From a virus: a stretch of 64,000 nucleotides of DNA. The notes under the pieces are model-generated. The model did not search any database, was not told the origin of the DNA, and saw only the letters and a list, made by a program, of their open reading frames with translations. A program made the position numbers and the translations under genes. The stretch lies in the IMG/VR virus record IMGVR_UViG_3300046321_000098, positions 18,012 through 82,011 of that record. One strand, written 5' to 3'. Positions 20,049-29,529 of the stretch are shown here, one piece after another (position 1 is the first letter of the stretch; each line of letters starts with the position of its first letter).

Positions 20049-20464
20049 TGTACGACTACTACACAAAAGACATTGAATCAGTGCATGACTTAGATGACGA
20101 TGGGATTTTTGTTTTTGGTTCTAACTTAGCAGGTAGGCATGGTAAAGGTGCAGCAAAGTTTGCGCGTGATTACTTAATGGCAGACATTGGAACAGGTTAT
20201 GGTTTCACAGGCTTTTGTTTCGCCATACCCACAAAAGGTTATAACCTAGAGGTGTTGTCTCTTGAGGATATTGAGGAGTTTGTTAGACTTTTTAAAATAT
20301 GTGCAAAAGAAGAACCTAACAACACATTTTATGTGACTAAAATTGGTTGTGGTCTTGCAGGTTACAAAGACCACGAGATTGCACTACTGTTTAAAGGGTC
20401 ACCAAGCAATTGTAAGTTTCACATAGACTGGAAGATGTACCTACAAAATCCAGTCTTACGGTAG
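20048..20464 (+). CDS. Macro-domain-like phage protein (IFVFGSN family)
   Basis: IFVFGSNLAGRHGKGAA, FAIPTK, VTKIGCGLAG. Confidence 0.7.
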   Translation: MYDYYTKDIESVHDLDDDGIFVFGSNLAGRHGKGAAKFARDYLMADIGTGYGFTGFCFAIPTKGYNLEVLSLEDIEEFVRLFKICAKEEPNNTFYVTKIGCGLAGYKDHEIALLFKGSPSNCKFHIDWKMYLQNPVLR

Positions 20465-20533
20465 AGTTCACGATCTTTAAAATCGTCCACGGCATATTGC
20501 CACAATTTAAATAAACGAAAAAGGAGTTAATAA

Positions 20534-21541
20534 ATGAGTGATTTTACATTTGAAGCCTATGGTGTATCACAGAACGAGGGTAAACAAAAGAGCACAGTGG
20601 ACTACGAGGCACTTAATACTTACGTTGTAGAGGCGGTAGGTTGTCAGCAACCAGAGGTGCTGATTGGTACTATCGTCGGTATTGTAGACGTTGGTGTACA
20701 ACGTATGGAAGATGCTGAGATTGTCTTTACTGGCACTGAGGACGAAGAAGCTGATATTATTGCAGACAAGCCTGATACTTACTTCAAGGATGGTTTTGAT
20801 AACGGTAAACCAGTTCGATATAAGTGCTATCCACAACGTGATCAACAATCTGTAGCATTGGTTGTGGACTTCCCATCGGTTATGCTTAACAAGGCACAAT
20901 TCTTTAAGGCTGGTAGCACAGAAGAAAAACCTTTGCGTATGGTGCTTGGCGGTGAGTTCTGGAACAGCAATCTAAAGCAAAAATTGATGCAACGTCCTAC
21001 TGCACTCAAGGTTATGAAGAACACCGATGGAAAATGGAGCTTCAACGATAAGCACCTTTTGTACAAGATGGCAATTGCCTCGAAACTGATTGAGCCAAAG
21101 GGTGTATTCCTTCCTGAGCACATTGGTAAACTGCTTGGTAAGTCATTTCAGTTTGAAGTTCAAATCTTCAATAAAAAAGGTAAGGACAATAAAGATTATT
21201 ACACTGAAAAAGTTGGGTTCAAGGCAGGACTTGGACGTGGTATGACAGCAGAACCTTTACCGACAGAACCATTTGTTGTGCAGTTTAACAAAGAGAACAG
21301 CCCTGAATCCTTAAAAGAACTGCGTTTTCACGTTGTGAATACAATCAAGAATGCTGTGAATTATGAAGGTTCACCAATCAGTAAGCAGTTAGACGCTGCT
21401 CGTAGTTATACGAAGCCTGTTGAATCAGCTAATGATGATGCACCTGACGATGTGCCATCTACACCACCAGTTAAAGCGCCTGTGCGAACACCACGAGTAG
21501 CTAAGGCTGTACCAGAGGAGTCTGAAGATATTCCGTTTTAA
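20534..21541 (+). CDS. Putative ssDNA-binding/recombination protein
   Basis: Replication cluster; disordered acidic tail ending EDIPF. Confidence 0.55.
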   Translation: MSDFTFEAYGVSQNEGKQKSTVDYEALNTYVVEAVGCQQPEVLIGTIVGIVDVGVQRMEDAEIVFTGTEDEEADIIADKPDTYFKDGFDNGKPVRYKCYPQRDQQSVALVVDFPSVMLNKAQFFKAGSTEEKPLRMVLGGEFWNSNLKQKLMQRPTALKVMKNTDGKWSFNDKHLLYKMAIASKLIEPKGVFLPEHIGKLLGKSFQFEVQIFNKKGKDNKDYYTEKVGFKAGLGRGMTAEPLPTEPFVVQFNKENSPESLKELRFHVVNTIKNAVNYEGSPISKQLDAARSYTKPVESANDDAPDDVPSTPPVKAPVRTPRVAKAVPEESEDIPF

Positions 21542-21646
21542 ACGGGTTTAACAGAGGCTAGGGCGATTATTTTAAGATTTGGGTATGAACGTACTCAGAT
21601 TGGGAATAATCGTTCGTAGAAGGTTTAATTTAATAAGGAGAAACAT

Positions 21647-21865
21647 ATGGAATCTAAAGAAATTATTGCTAAGATGGTATCAGTGTACGCAGAGATTGAA
21701 GCACACACAGAGCGAATGAAAGAACTTAAAGAAGAGGCTAAGGCTATTGGGACTGATCCAAGTATTCTAGCTACAGTAGCTAAGGCTATCTTCGATGGTA
21801 AATCAGGTAAACTTCGTGGAAAGTACGAGGAGACCTTGGATATTCTTGATAAACAGGACGAGTAA
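21647..21865 (+). CDS. Small helical DNA-binding protein (GapR/T4 DsbA-like)
   Basis: MKELKEEAKAIG.D pattern, 72 aa. Confidence 0.5.
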   Translation: MESKEIIAKMVSVYAEIEAHTERMKELKEEAKAIGTDPSILATVAKAIFDGKSGKLRGKYEETLDILDKQDE

Positions 21866-21866
21866 T

Positions 21867-22076
21867 ATGAGCGTAACTATTACTATTTCAGTGGACTTGT
21901 TTGAGCATATTAAGAAAGTCAGTTCGCAGTTTGAAGAATTACCAGAAGATTTCAATCCTTATGACCAGTTTGGCGGCAATATGGATGATTCCTTTTGGGG
22001 TGGAGCTACTTACGGAGAGAATGAACTAGCTGCACAGATTATTGGTTCTTATGAAGCAAACAAAGTTCAAGGATAA
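21867..22076 (+). CDS. Hypothetical protein
   Basis: Start MSVTIT; GGNMDDSFWGG. Confidence 0.55.
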   Translation: MSVTITISVDLFEHIKKVSSQFEELPEDFNPYDQFGGNMDDSFWGGATYGENELAAQIIGSYEANKVQG

Positions 22077-23076
22077 AAAGAAAAGGGTTGTGCTTGTTGA
22101 TTCAGATATTTTAATATACCGTGTAGCAGCAGCCTGTGAAGTAAGGTCAGTTGAAGTCAAGCACAACAAATCAGGGCGAGTAAAGGTGTTCAAGAACAAG
22201 ACAGCATTTAAAGATTTTCTTAAAGAAAAGTCCTTTGAGTACGTTGAAAATGATTACACCTTTATGGATTTACAACAAGTCAATGAAGATATGTCGTGGC
22301 AGTTTATTTTAAACAACCAAGTTAAATCTTTCAAAGAGACATTGTGGGGCGATGAGTTAATCTTTTTAATCTCAGGAGAAGGGAACTTCCGTGATGACTT
22401 GCCGTTACCTAAAAAATACAAGGGTAATCGTGATGACATGATGAAACCTCTACTCCGCCAAGACTGTAAGGAGTATTTGAAGGGTAAGTACAAAGCTGTT
22501 TTGATTAACAACGAGGAAGTTGACGACGCAATCGTTTGGATGGGTTATGAGTATCTTGCAAAAGGTTACGAAGTTATTATTGTAACCTCAGATAAAGATG
22601 CGAACGCTTATTCAGGTTTGAAGTTGTATAACTACACACATGAAAAACCAGGGATTGTTGAGATACCTGAATTTGGGTCTTTGTGGGTGGATGATAAAGG
22701 TGCAGTCAGAGGATTAGGTTTCTTGTGGGGGTGTTTTCAACACGTCAAGGGCGATGTTACCGATGGGTTCAAACCTTGCGAGCTTGCTGGTGTAAAGTAC
22801 GGAGATATTTCAGCGTACAATTTGTTAAAAGACTGTCAAAACGAGCAAGAAGCCTTGGTAAAGGTTTGTCAACAGTACCAGTCTTGGTATCCGAAGCAAA
22901 TCGAATACAAGGATTGTTTTGGTGTGAAACACCTTGCAGGTTGGAAATTCTTAGCAGGTTTGTATTTCAAATGCTCACGTATGAAGACTACAAAAGATGA
23001 CAAGGTAGTGTTTTATGACTTTGCGAAAAGTTATGGGCTGGACTTACTAGATTGGGCAGATGAACTTGAAGATTGA
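22051..23076 (+). CDS. 5'-3' exonuclease (T7 gp6-like)
   Basis: LVDSDILIY, YKGNR, EVDD, SDKD, GDVTDG. Confidence 0.85.
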   Translation: MKQTKFKDKKKRVVLVDSDILIYRVAAACEVRSVEVKHNKSGRVKVFKNKTAFKDFLKEKSFEYVENDYTFMDLQQVNEDMSWQFILNNQVKSFKETLWGDELIFLISGEGNFRDDLPLPKKYKGNRDDMMKPLLRQDCKEYLKGKYKAVLINNEEVDDAIVWMGYEYLAKGYEVIIVTSDKDANAYSGLKLYNYTHEKPGIVEIPEFGSLWVDDKGAVRGLGFLWGCFQHVKGDVTDGFKPCELAGVKYGDISAYNLLKDCQNEQEALVKVCQQYQSWYPKQIEYKDCFGVKHLAGWKFLAGLYFKCSRMKTTKDDKVVFYDFAKSYGLDLLDWADELED

Positions 23077-23569
23077 AACAAAAGACCTCTACGGTGCTAA
23101 GGATGTAAAAGAAGTTCGAGAGCTATTAGTTCAAGAGCAGGAGCAGCTTGATAAGTTAACCCTTTCTTTAATGCATCCCTCTCAGTATGTACTTGACCAC
23201 AACCACCAGAACTTATTCGTCCGTGGAGTTTTAAATCGTGCAACTAATTCAATGCTAGGTAAGATTGAAAACGCTTTCAACAGGTACATCAAACACTGGT
23301 ACACAGGAAGCTTGTCAAACTTCCTCAGACAGTGTGCAAGTTATTTAGAGCACCCACCAGATGAAAGGTTTAGACATCCGCAGTGGCAAAAGCAACTAAA
23401 AGTGCAGTTCAACAAACTATCCGAAGGGCAGAAACGAACAGTGCTGGAGACGTTTGAGAAACCAGACGGTAAGAATGGTAAAGAGCGTAAGGCGATATTC
23501 GCTAAACTAATCCTCGATAGAAATCTAGGCTATGAAAAAATCAGTAATATTTTAAAAGGAGTAAATTAA
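23060..23569 (+). CDS. Endonuclease VII-like Holliday junction resolvase
   Basis: VLDHNH...VRGVL...NSMLGKIEN. Confidence 0.8.
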   Translation: MNLKIETKDLYGAKDVKEVRELLVQEQEQLDKLTLSLMHPSQYVLDHNHQNLFVRGVLNRATNSMLGKIENAFNRYIKHWYTGSLSNFLRQCASYLEHPPDERFRHPQWQKQLKVQFNKLSEGQKRTVLETFEKPDGKNGKERKAIFAKLILDRNLGYEKISNILKGVN

Positions 23570-23570
23570 T

Positions 23571-23861
23571 ATGGAAAACCAAGCAAGGACTTGTATAGAT
23601 GTTGTATGTTCAGCGGTGTCGTTCAATAGGGAAGGGTTCATAATTTCAGATGTTAAGCAAATCGAACGAGACAACACTGTCCATCTTTTGTTTAAGGACA
23701 TTAAAAATACCAAGACGGTTCAGTGGATGCAAGATTTTCTTAACGCTTTTAAAACAACAGGTGTAGCAATTGAGTTAACACAGAGTGCAAAAAACTTGGT
23801 GCGGCATATTGGGTTAGCAGAGTGCTTAAACGGATTAAATGAACAAAAAGGAGTTAACTAA
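23571..23861 (+). CDS. Hypothetical protein
   Basis: AAGGAG RBS. Confidence 0.55.
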   Translation: MENQARTCIDVVCSAVSFNREGFIISDVKQIERDNTVHLLFKDIKNTKTVQWMQDFLNAFKTTGVAIELTQSAKNLVRHIGLAECLNGLNEQKGVN

Positions 23862-24350
23862 ATGCAAGACAACAACACCCCAACTTGGGGCTTCACTTAC
23901 CGAGACATAGACGGCGCAATTAGCACTAAGTCTTTTGAAGCTATTTCATGGACAAGAGCACTACAAGAGTTTGTGTACTTTCTGAAGGGTGCAGGATTTA
24001 GCTTAGATGACGACTCTATCCAAATTAAGCACGAACACTACGATGAATCTCTTTGGTTTGGATACATCTGTCCCAATGTTGACGAAGAAGAAACTGAAGA
24101 TTGGAGACACCCTGATGACACAGACCTCTCAATGCACTTCTGCCCTCCGTTTGAAGGTGACCCAACTGATTGTGCTTTTAAACACGATCCCACTTTAAAA
24201 GACCTCAAGGAGTCTGTTGACGCTTTAGTTTTAGAGATTAGTGCTTTGAATTACTACAAAGAGAAAGAGTTGCAAGAGCAAGAAGCATGGGCAAAGACTA
24301 TGGACTCTTTCATTGATTCATTACGTTATACACAAGGAGAGAAAGTTTGA
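23862..24350 (+). CDS. Hypothetical protein
   Basis: AAGGAG RBS. Confidence 0.55.
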   Translation: MQDNNTPTWGFTYRDIDGAISTKSFEAISWTRALQEFVYFLKGAGFSLDDDSIQIKHEHYDESLWFGYICPNVDEEETEDWRHPDDTDLSMHFCPPFEGDPTDCAFKHDPTLKDLKESVDALVLEISALNYYKEKELQEQEAWAKTMDSFIDSLRYTQGEKV

Positions 24351-25273
24351 GTTATACAACAGAACAACAAAAAGCAATTACATTTTTAAAGCAATCAGGG
24401 TTATCTAGCCGTGCAATTGCAAATGAGTTAGACATCTCTAAATCTGGAGTTAATTATTTCCTAGCACGAGAAACGGAAGTAGTTGTTAAAAGCAAAGAAC
24501 CTAGGATTCTTATCTTAGACTTAGAAACAGCAGCAGCAGTTGCTATGACTTTTGGCAGGTTTAAAATTAACCTCGGGCAAGACAACATTGTGTCAGAAGG
24601 TGGTTGGATTATGTGCGCGAGCTGGCAATGGCTAGGTGAAGACGTGGTTCATAGCATTGCACTCACACCCACTGAAGTCGCTGCATGTGATGATTCCCGT
24701 ATCATTGCAACCTTTTGGGAGCTTTACGAGCAAGCCGATGCTATTGTGGCGCACAATGCGCTTCAGTTTGACCATAAAGTTTTACAAGCTCGTACAGCAT
24801 TCAATGGCTTCCCTCCTTTACCGACTGTCAAGGTGCTAGACACACTGGTGCTTGCAAAGAAGCATTTACGCTTACCAAGTAACAAACTGGACTCAATAGG
24901 AGAATATTTTGGTCTTGGACGTAAAATCGACAACGGTGGAATCTCCCTCTGGAAGCGAGTTCAAAGCGGCGAGAAGGCAGCAATGAAGGAGATGGTGGAA
25001 TACTGCGAACAGGACACACGATTGCTTACAGAGGTTTATTTACGCTTACGTGCGATAGGTCACGCTGGTTCGGACTTCAATGCAGGGTTGTATCACGATG
25101 ATGATAAGAAACGGTGCCGACGCTGTGGTTCTGAGCATGTGCATGAAACAGGGCGAACCAGTAATACATCTTTAAGTGTGTTTACTGAGTACCGTTGTAA
25201 TGATTGTGGTGCGACACAGAGGGACAGAGTTTCAATAACAACAAAAGCTAAACGTGCTGTGTTATTAATGTAA
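24347..25273 (+). CDS. DnaQ/RNase H-like 3'-5' exonuclease with N-terminal HTH and C-terminal Zn ribbon
   Basis: ILDLET, HNALQFD, YCEQD; CRRCGS...CNDCG. Confidence 0.8.
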   Translation: MSYTTEQQKAITFLKQSGLSSRAIANELDISKSGVNYFLARETEVVVKSKEPRILILDLETAAAVAMTFGRFKINLGQDNIVSEGGWIMCASWQWLGEDVVHSIALTPTEVAACDDSRIIATFWELYEQADAIVAHNALQFDHKVLQARTAFNGFPPLPTVKVLDTLVLAKKHLRLPSNKLDSIGEYFGLGRKIDNGGISLWKRVQSGEKAAMKEMVEYCEQDTRLLTEVYLRLRAIGHAGSDFNAGLYHDDDKKRCRRCGSEHVHETGRTSNTSLSVFTEYRCNDCGATQRDRVSITTKAKRAVLLM

Positions 25274-25337
25274 ATTATGATGTAGTAACTCCTGTAAATT
25301 ATGATTTTCACAGGAGTTTTAATTTTAGGAGTTAAAT

Positions 25338-25853
25338 GTGCTTACACAGAATTACTTAAAAGAGGTCTTGGAGTACAACGCAGGACAAGGGCAGTTTTAC
25401 TGGATAAAGAAAACCTCTTCAAAAAGTAGAATAAAAGTCGGAGTTATTGCGGGTAATTTAAACATAGATGGTTATAGACGAATTAAGATTTGTGGTAAGA
25501 AGTACCAAGAACATCTTCTTGTATGGTTCTATAACTACGGATATTTCCCTATTAAGGTACTTGACCATATTGACGGTAATCCATCTAATAACAGACTGGA
25601 AAATCTAAGAGAGTGTTCCCAAAGTGAGAATAATAGGAATAAAGGAATAGCTGTTAACAACACAACAGGTTTCAGAGGAGTAACTTACTGCAAGAAGAAG
25701 AAAAAGTTCAAGTCTACGGCTTGCTTAAATGGTAAAAAGATTCATCTTGGTTATTTCTCCACTGGTGAGGAAGCCTCTCTCGTTTGTGAAGCCGCAACAA
25801 AGGATCTACACGGAGAATTTTACAGAGATACAACAAAAGATGTAAAAATCTGA
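25338..25853 (+). CDS. HNH homing endonuclease with AP2-like domain
   Basis: LDHIDGNPSNNRLENL; TGFRGV, IHLGYF. Confidence 0.88.
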   Translation: MLTQNYLKEVLEYNAGQGQFYWIKKTSSKSRIKVGVIAGNLNIDGYRRIKICGKKYQEHLLVWFYNYGYFPIKVLDHIDGNPSNNRLENLRECSQSENNRNKGIAVNNTTGFRGVTYCKKKKKFKSTACLNGKKIHLGYFSTGEEASLVCEAATKDLHGEFYRDTTKDVKI

Positions 25854-25917
25854 TATAATACACTCCATCGAGCGAAAGCTCTTTGGAGTTTTAATTTTAT
25901 TAAAAAGGAGAAACAAC

Positions 25918-26283
25918 ATGATAGAACGTAAAACAGTTAGACAAAAACTAATATCTTTTGACACAGACGAACTTCGTTGCTTTTTTGACGAAGTTGAAGT
26001 CAAGGAAGCATTACAAAAGTTCACAGCAAGTATTGAGCGACAACTAAACACCCTTGCAGCTAAAAACGCAGACAAGTGCATATTCTATCTTGAAACTTCA
26101 TGTGATGATTACGGCAAGGATGTTATAGACGGAATTTATTTGAGTGCAGAGCGCCCTGAAACAGATGAAGAAGTACAACTACGTATTAACAAAGAGAATA
26201 TTCAAGCGGAGTGGAACTTAGTCTACGAGCAACAAGAGTACCGACGATTGAAACAGAAGTTTGAGGGAACAAGTAATGACTGA
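25918..26283 (+). CDS. Hypothetical protein
   Basis: ERPETDEE motif shared with the ORF at 49097. Confidence 0.6.
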   Translation: MIERKTVRQKLISFDTDELRCFFDEVEVKEALQKFTASIERQLNTLAAKNADKCIFYLETSCDDYGKDVIDGIYLSAERPETDEEVQLRINKENIQAEWNLVYEQQEYRRLKQKFEGTSND

Positions 26284-26458
26284 AATCCAAATCAAGTCCT
26301 GTAAAGACTCGCTTCTCTGGTACAATAGCCAAGTTGGACAAACCTTCACCTCTTACCGTGAATACGATGACTCGTACTTAGTGCGCTGTCCAGATGGTTT
26401 GTCAAACATTATATACAAAGTAGATTGTGAAATTATTAAAGGAGAAATGAATGAATAA
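26276..26458 (+). CDS. Small hypothetical protein
   Basis: Overlaps neighbours; RBS. Confidence 0.5.
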   Translation: MTEIQIKSCKDSLLWYNSQVGQTFTSYREYDDSYLVRCPDGLSNIIYKVDCEIIKGEMNE

Positions 26459-26969
26459 AATGCAAGAGTTATACGAGCTAACTAAACGGTTTAATGACAT
26501 CTCAGGAGCAACAAAAGAGGTGAGCGAGAAATCACTGATTGAGCAGTACACTTACATTCGAGAAGAGTTCAAGGAGATGGCAGATACTTTTGGTGATGAT
26601 GTTTACTACGACAGTTCTCAGTTGAGCCTTGAAACACGGATGGTTGAACCACTGTTGGATGATTGCTTGGACGTGCTCATAACTGTCTTTGGAATGCTGC
26701 AAAAGCTCGAAACACTTGGAGTAGATGTAAACGGTGCAGCTATCGCTACAGCAGAAAACAACCTATCTAAGTACCCTGCAGCACCAGCGGTGGCACACGA
26801 GACTGTTGAGCGTAGAGCTCGTGAAGGTATGGAAGTTCTAACTAAGTTTAATGAAGAATATGGTGTCTATACACTTCGCAATGCTGTTACAATGAAGGTT
26901 GTCAAACCTTATAATTTTGTCAGTAATGATTTGAGGGTTTTTGTTCCTAAAGATTTGGAGATTAAATAA
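26451..26969 (+). CDS. MazG-like all-alpha NTP pyrophosphohydrolase
   Basis: IREEFKE...LLDDCLDV...NNLSK. Confidence 0.65.
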   Translation: MNKMQELYELTKRFNDISGATKEVSEKSLIEQYTYIREEFKEMADTFGDDVYYDSSQLSLETRMVEPLLDDCLDVLITVFGMLQKLETLGVDVNGAAIATAENNLSKYPAAPAVAHETVERRAREGMEVLTKFNEEYGVYTLRNAVTMKVVKPYNFVSNDLRVFVPKDLEIK

Positions 26970-27466
26970 TGGAAAATACAGATAAAATTGTGAATGGTGT
27001 GACTTATGAAAGAGTACCCATCACTGTACTACATGGACAAATATCTTGTGTTGGTTGTGCTCACAAAACTAACCCTGACAGAGGCTTATGCGGTAGTTTA
27101 ACAACAGCAGATTGTGCAAAAGAATACGTATGGCAAGTTAAGGATGTTACTAAATCTTCGGTTCAAGGTGTCAAAACAGACACAGGTAAGCCCCGCTACA
27201 CCCTTATCCCCCCGTTTGCCTTAGAACAAGTAGCTATCTGTTTAACAGAGGGTTTAAAGACACATCCTGCAAAAGATAATTGGAAACTTGTTGAGAAAGG
27301 TAAGGAGCGATTCTTGGACTCGTTGTATCGACATTGGAACCAGTATCAAATGGGTGAAATTTTTGACAGGGATAACCCGAATGTTCGGAACTTGGCTGCA
27401 ATAATTGTGAATGCGTTATTTGTGCTTGAATTTGAAACTAATCCAGAATTGAAAGGAAATAAATAA
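26969..27466 (+). CDS. dATP/dGTP diphosphohydrolase-domain (DUF5664-like) protein
   Basis: GVKTDTGKPRYTLIP...NWK...SLYRH...LAAIIVNALF. Confidence 0.7.
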   Translation: MENTDKIVNGVTYERVPITVLHGQISCVGCAHKTNPDRGLCGSLTTADCAKEYVWQVKDVTKSSVQGVKTDTGKPRYTLIPPFALEQVAICLTEGLKTHPAKDNWKLVEKGKERFLDSLYRHWNQYQMGEIFDRDNPNVRNLAAIIVNALFVLEFETNPELKGNK

Positions 27467-28129
27467 TTGGAATTTATTAAAGCAAAAATAATTGGTTATA
27501 CCCAACCATCAGAGGAGTTCAAAGACTCCTTCTCAAACCTAAAAGAATTGGTTGCATACTGTAGCCGTGTATCTAACCCAAGTAATCAGTTCAATAATGA
27601 CACTGCAGATAAGTTAATTAATTACTTGGTTAAGAATAAACACTGGTCACCATTAGAAATGTGTAGTTTGACTTTAGAACTGGAATGCCCACGAGACATT
27701 GCACGACAGCTTTTACGTCACCGTTCATTTAGTTTTCAGGAGTTTAGTCAAAGATATGCAGACCCTACTAAAGATATGCACTTCATTCTCCGTGAAGCAC
27801 GTCTACAGGACTCTAAGAACCGTCAGAACAGTATTGAATCCAGTGATAGAGAACTTCAAAACCTTTGGGAAGAAAAGCAGCAAGAGGTTATTCATGCGGC
27901 TAAGGAAGCCTACGAGTGGGCTGTGATCAACGGTATTGCAAAAGAACAAGCTCGTGTAGTTCTTCCAGAGGGCAACACTATGTCCCGATTATATGTACAA
28001 GGTACTTTAAGATCTTGGATTCATTATATTGAAGTGCGTAAAGATATTAGCACACAGAAAGAACACAGAGAACTTGCACTAAAGATAGCTGAAGTAATAT
28101 CTAGAGTATTTAGTTTAAGTAATCTGTAA
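27467..28129 (+). CDS. thyX: Flavin-dependent thymidylate synthase
   Basis: HWSPLEM, RHRSFSFQEFSQRY, ARVVLP. Confidence 0.95.
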   Translation: MEFIKAKIIGYTQPSEEFKDSFSNLKELVAYCSRVSNPSNQFNNDTADKLINYLVKNKHWSPLEMCSLTLELECPRDIARQLLRHRSFSFQEFSQRYADPTKDMHFILREARLQDSKNRQNSIESSDRELQNLWEEKQQEVIHAAKEAYEWAVINGIAKEQARVVLPEGNTMSRLYVQGTLRSWIHYIEVRKDISTQKEHRELALKIAEVISRVFSLSNL

Positions 28130-28180
28130 CAATTGTTACAAAACGTGGTATAATAGTAAGTCCAAATTAACAGGAGAATT

Positions 28181-28540
28181 ATGAAAACAAAACAGGAAAA
28201 GATTACTACATCTAGCATTATCGCTTTGTGCTATGTGTCAGCAATGGATATTGCAGAAATTAAACCAGATTACACATATAAATGGGGGGACGAAAATCCT
28301 GAATTATTCAATGATATTTTGTATCAGTTCGGGATGGACACAACCAGTTTCATTGAGCGTCAGGAAAGTGTGACACACCGTTCACGCCTGAATCGGCTAG
28401 TAACAGCAGACCGTTGGGTTGGTAACGAACGAATTGACGACGATTGGATAAAGTCTAGTTATGCTAGCCGTGAAGCGAGAGATAAGGCGAGTGGAAGTAA
28501 ATTATTGAATGATATTTATCGTATGAAGGGTTTAAGTTAA
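28181..28540 (+). CDS. Hypothetical protein
   Basis: TATAAT upstream and AGGAG RBS. Confidence 0.6.
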   Translation: MKTKQEKITTSSIIALCYVSAMDIAEIKPDYTYKWGDENPELFNDILYQFGMDTTSFIERQESVTHRSRLNRLVTADRWVGNERIDDDWIKSSYASREARDKASGSKLLNDIYRMKGLS

Positions 28541-29529
28541 TGAGTGAACAACTTGCACAACATTTAATTCCGATTGATGAATTTCAAGAGCCTATTGATT
28601 TTGCAAAGACACAGCTTAAAATCATGTGGTTTCCAGACGAGATTAAAGTAGAAAAAGATATTCAAGATGTGTTGGTTAACTTCTCTGAAGCTGAAAAAGA
28701 AGCGGTCATTACAACTTTAAAACTTTTTAGTCTTTACGAGACCCATGCTGGTGATGAGTACTGGGGGGGACGTTTTAAGAAAATGTTCACTGGTGCGGAG
28801 TTTCACAGGTTAGCCAGTGTCAACTCAATGGTAGAACTTGCAGTACATGCTCCGTTCTACAAGAAGATTAATGAACTACTTCATATTGACAACCCAGAAT
28901 TTTATTTATCCTATGTAAATAACCCAGTATTAAATGCACGGATAAAACACATCGGTGAAATTATAGACCATCCGAATGACCTAGTATCACTTGGTGCTTT
29001 CTCCATGATAGAAGGGGCTGTGCTTTATAGTAGTTTTGCTTTTTTAAAGCACTTTCAATCTGAAGGTAAAAATAAACTTATGAGCACAGTTCGAGGTATT
29101 AATTTCAGTGTTCGAGATGAGAATTTACATTCGATGTCAGGTGCTTGGTGTTTTAAGCATAAAGTAAAGATTAACAAGGTATCTGAGATTGAGTTAAAAA
29201 AAGTAGAGGTAATTTTACGCGAGACAGCACATAAGTTACTTGAACACGAGAAAGAGATTATCGCGCTCACATTTAGTAAAGGAAAAATTGAAGGTATCAC
29301 AGCGCATCAGTTAGAGAACTTCACAATGTCACGTCTAAATGAGTGCCTGAAGAACTTAGGTTTTGCTAAGGAATTTGATGTGAAATATGACCCAATAAGT
29401 TCTTGGTTTTATAAGGGTATTAACAGCTACCAAATGAATGATTTCTTTTCTGGACAAGGAAGAGAGTACAGTCGAGAGTGGGATGAGCATGGTTTTGTAT
29501 GGAAATTAGAAAAGGAAACAACAAAATGA
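28540..29529 (+). CDS. nrdB: Class I ribonucleotide reductase beta subunit
   Basis: WFPDEI, ELAVHAPFY, EGAVLYSSF, RDENLH, DFF. Confidence 0.92.
   Translation: MSEQLAQHLIPIDEFQEPIDFAKTQLKIMWFPDEIKVEKDIQDVLVNFSEAEKEAVITTLKLFSLYETHAGDEYWGGRFKKMFTGAEFHRLASVNSMVELAVHAPFYKKINELLHIDNPEFYLSYVNNPVLNARIKHIGEIIDHPNDLVSLGAFSMIEGAVLYSSFAFLKHFQSEGKNKLMSTVRGINFSVRDENLHSMSGAWCFKHKVKINKVSEIELKKVEVILRETAHKLLEHEKEIIALTFSKGKIEGITAHQLENFTMSRLNECLKNLGFAKEFDVKYDPISSWFYKGINSYQMNDFFSGQGREYSREWDEHGFVWKLEKETTK

Noticed and set aside
26451-27466. Possible Z-genome (2-aminoadenine) pathway suggested by DUF5664-like and MazG-like genes
   Set aside because: No PurZ or DatZ-like gene is visible in the window, and these hydrolases are common without it.
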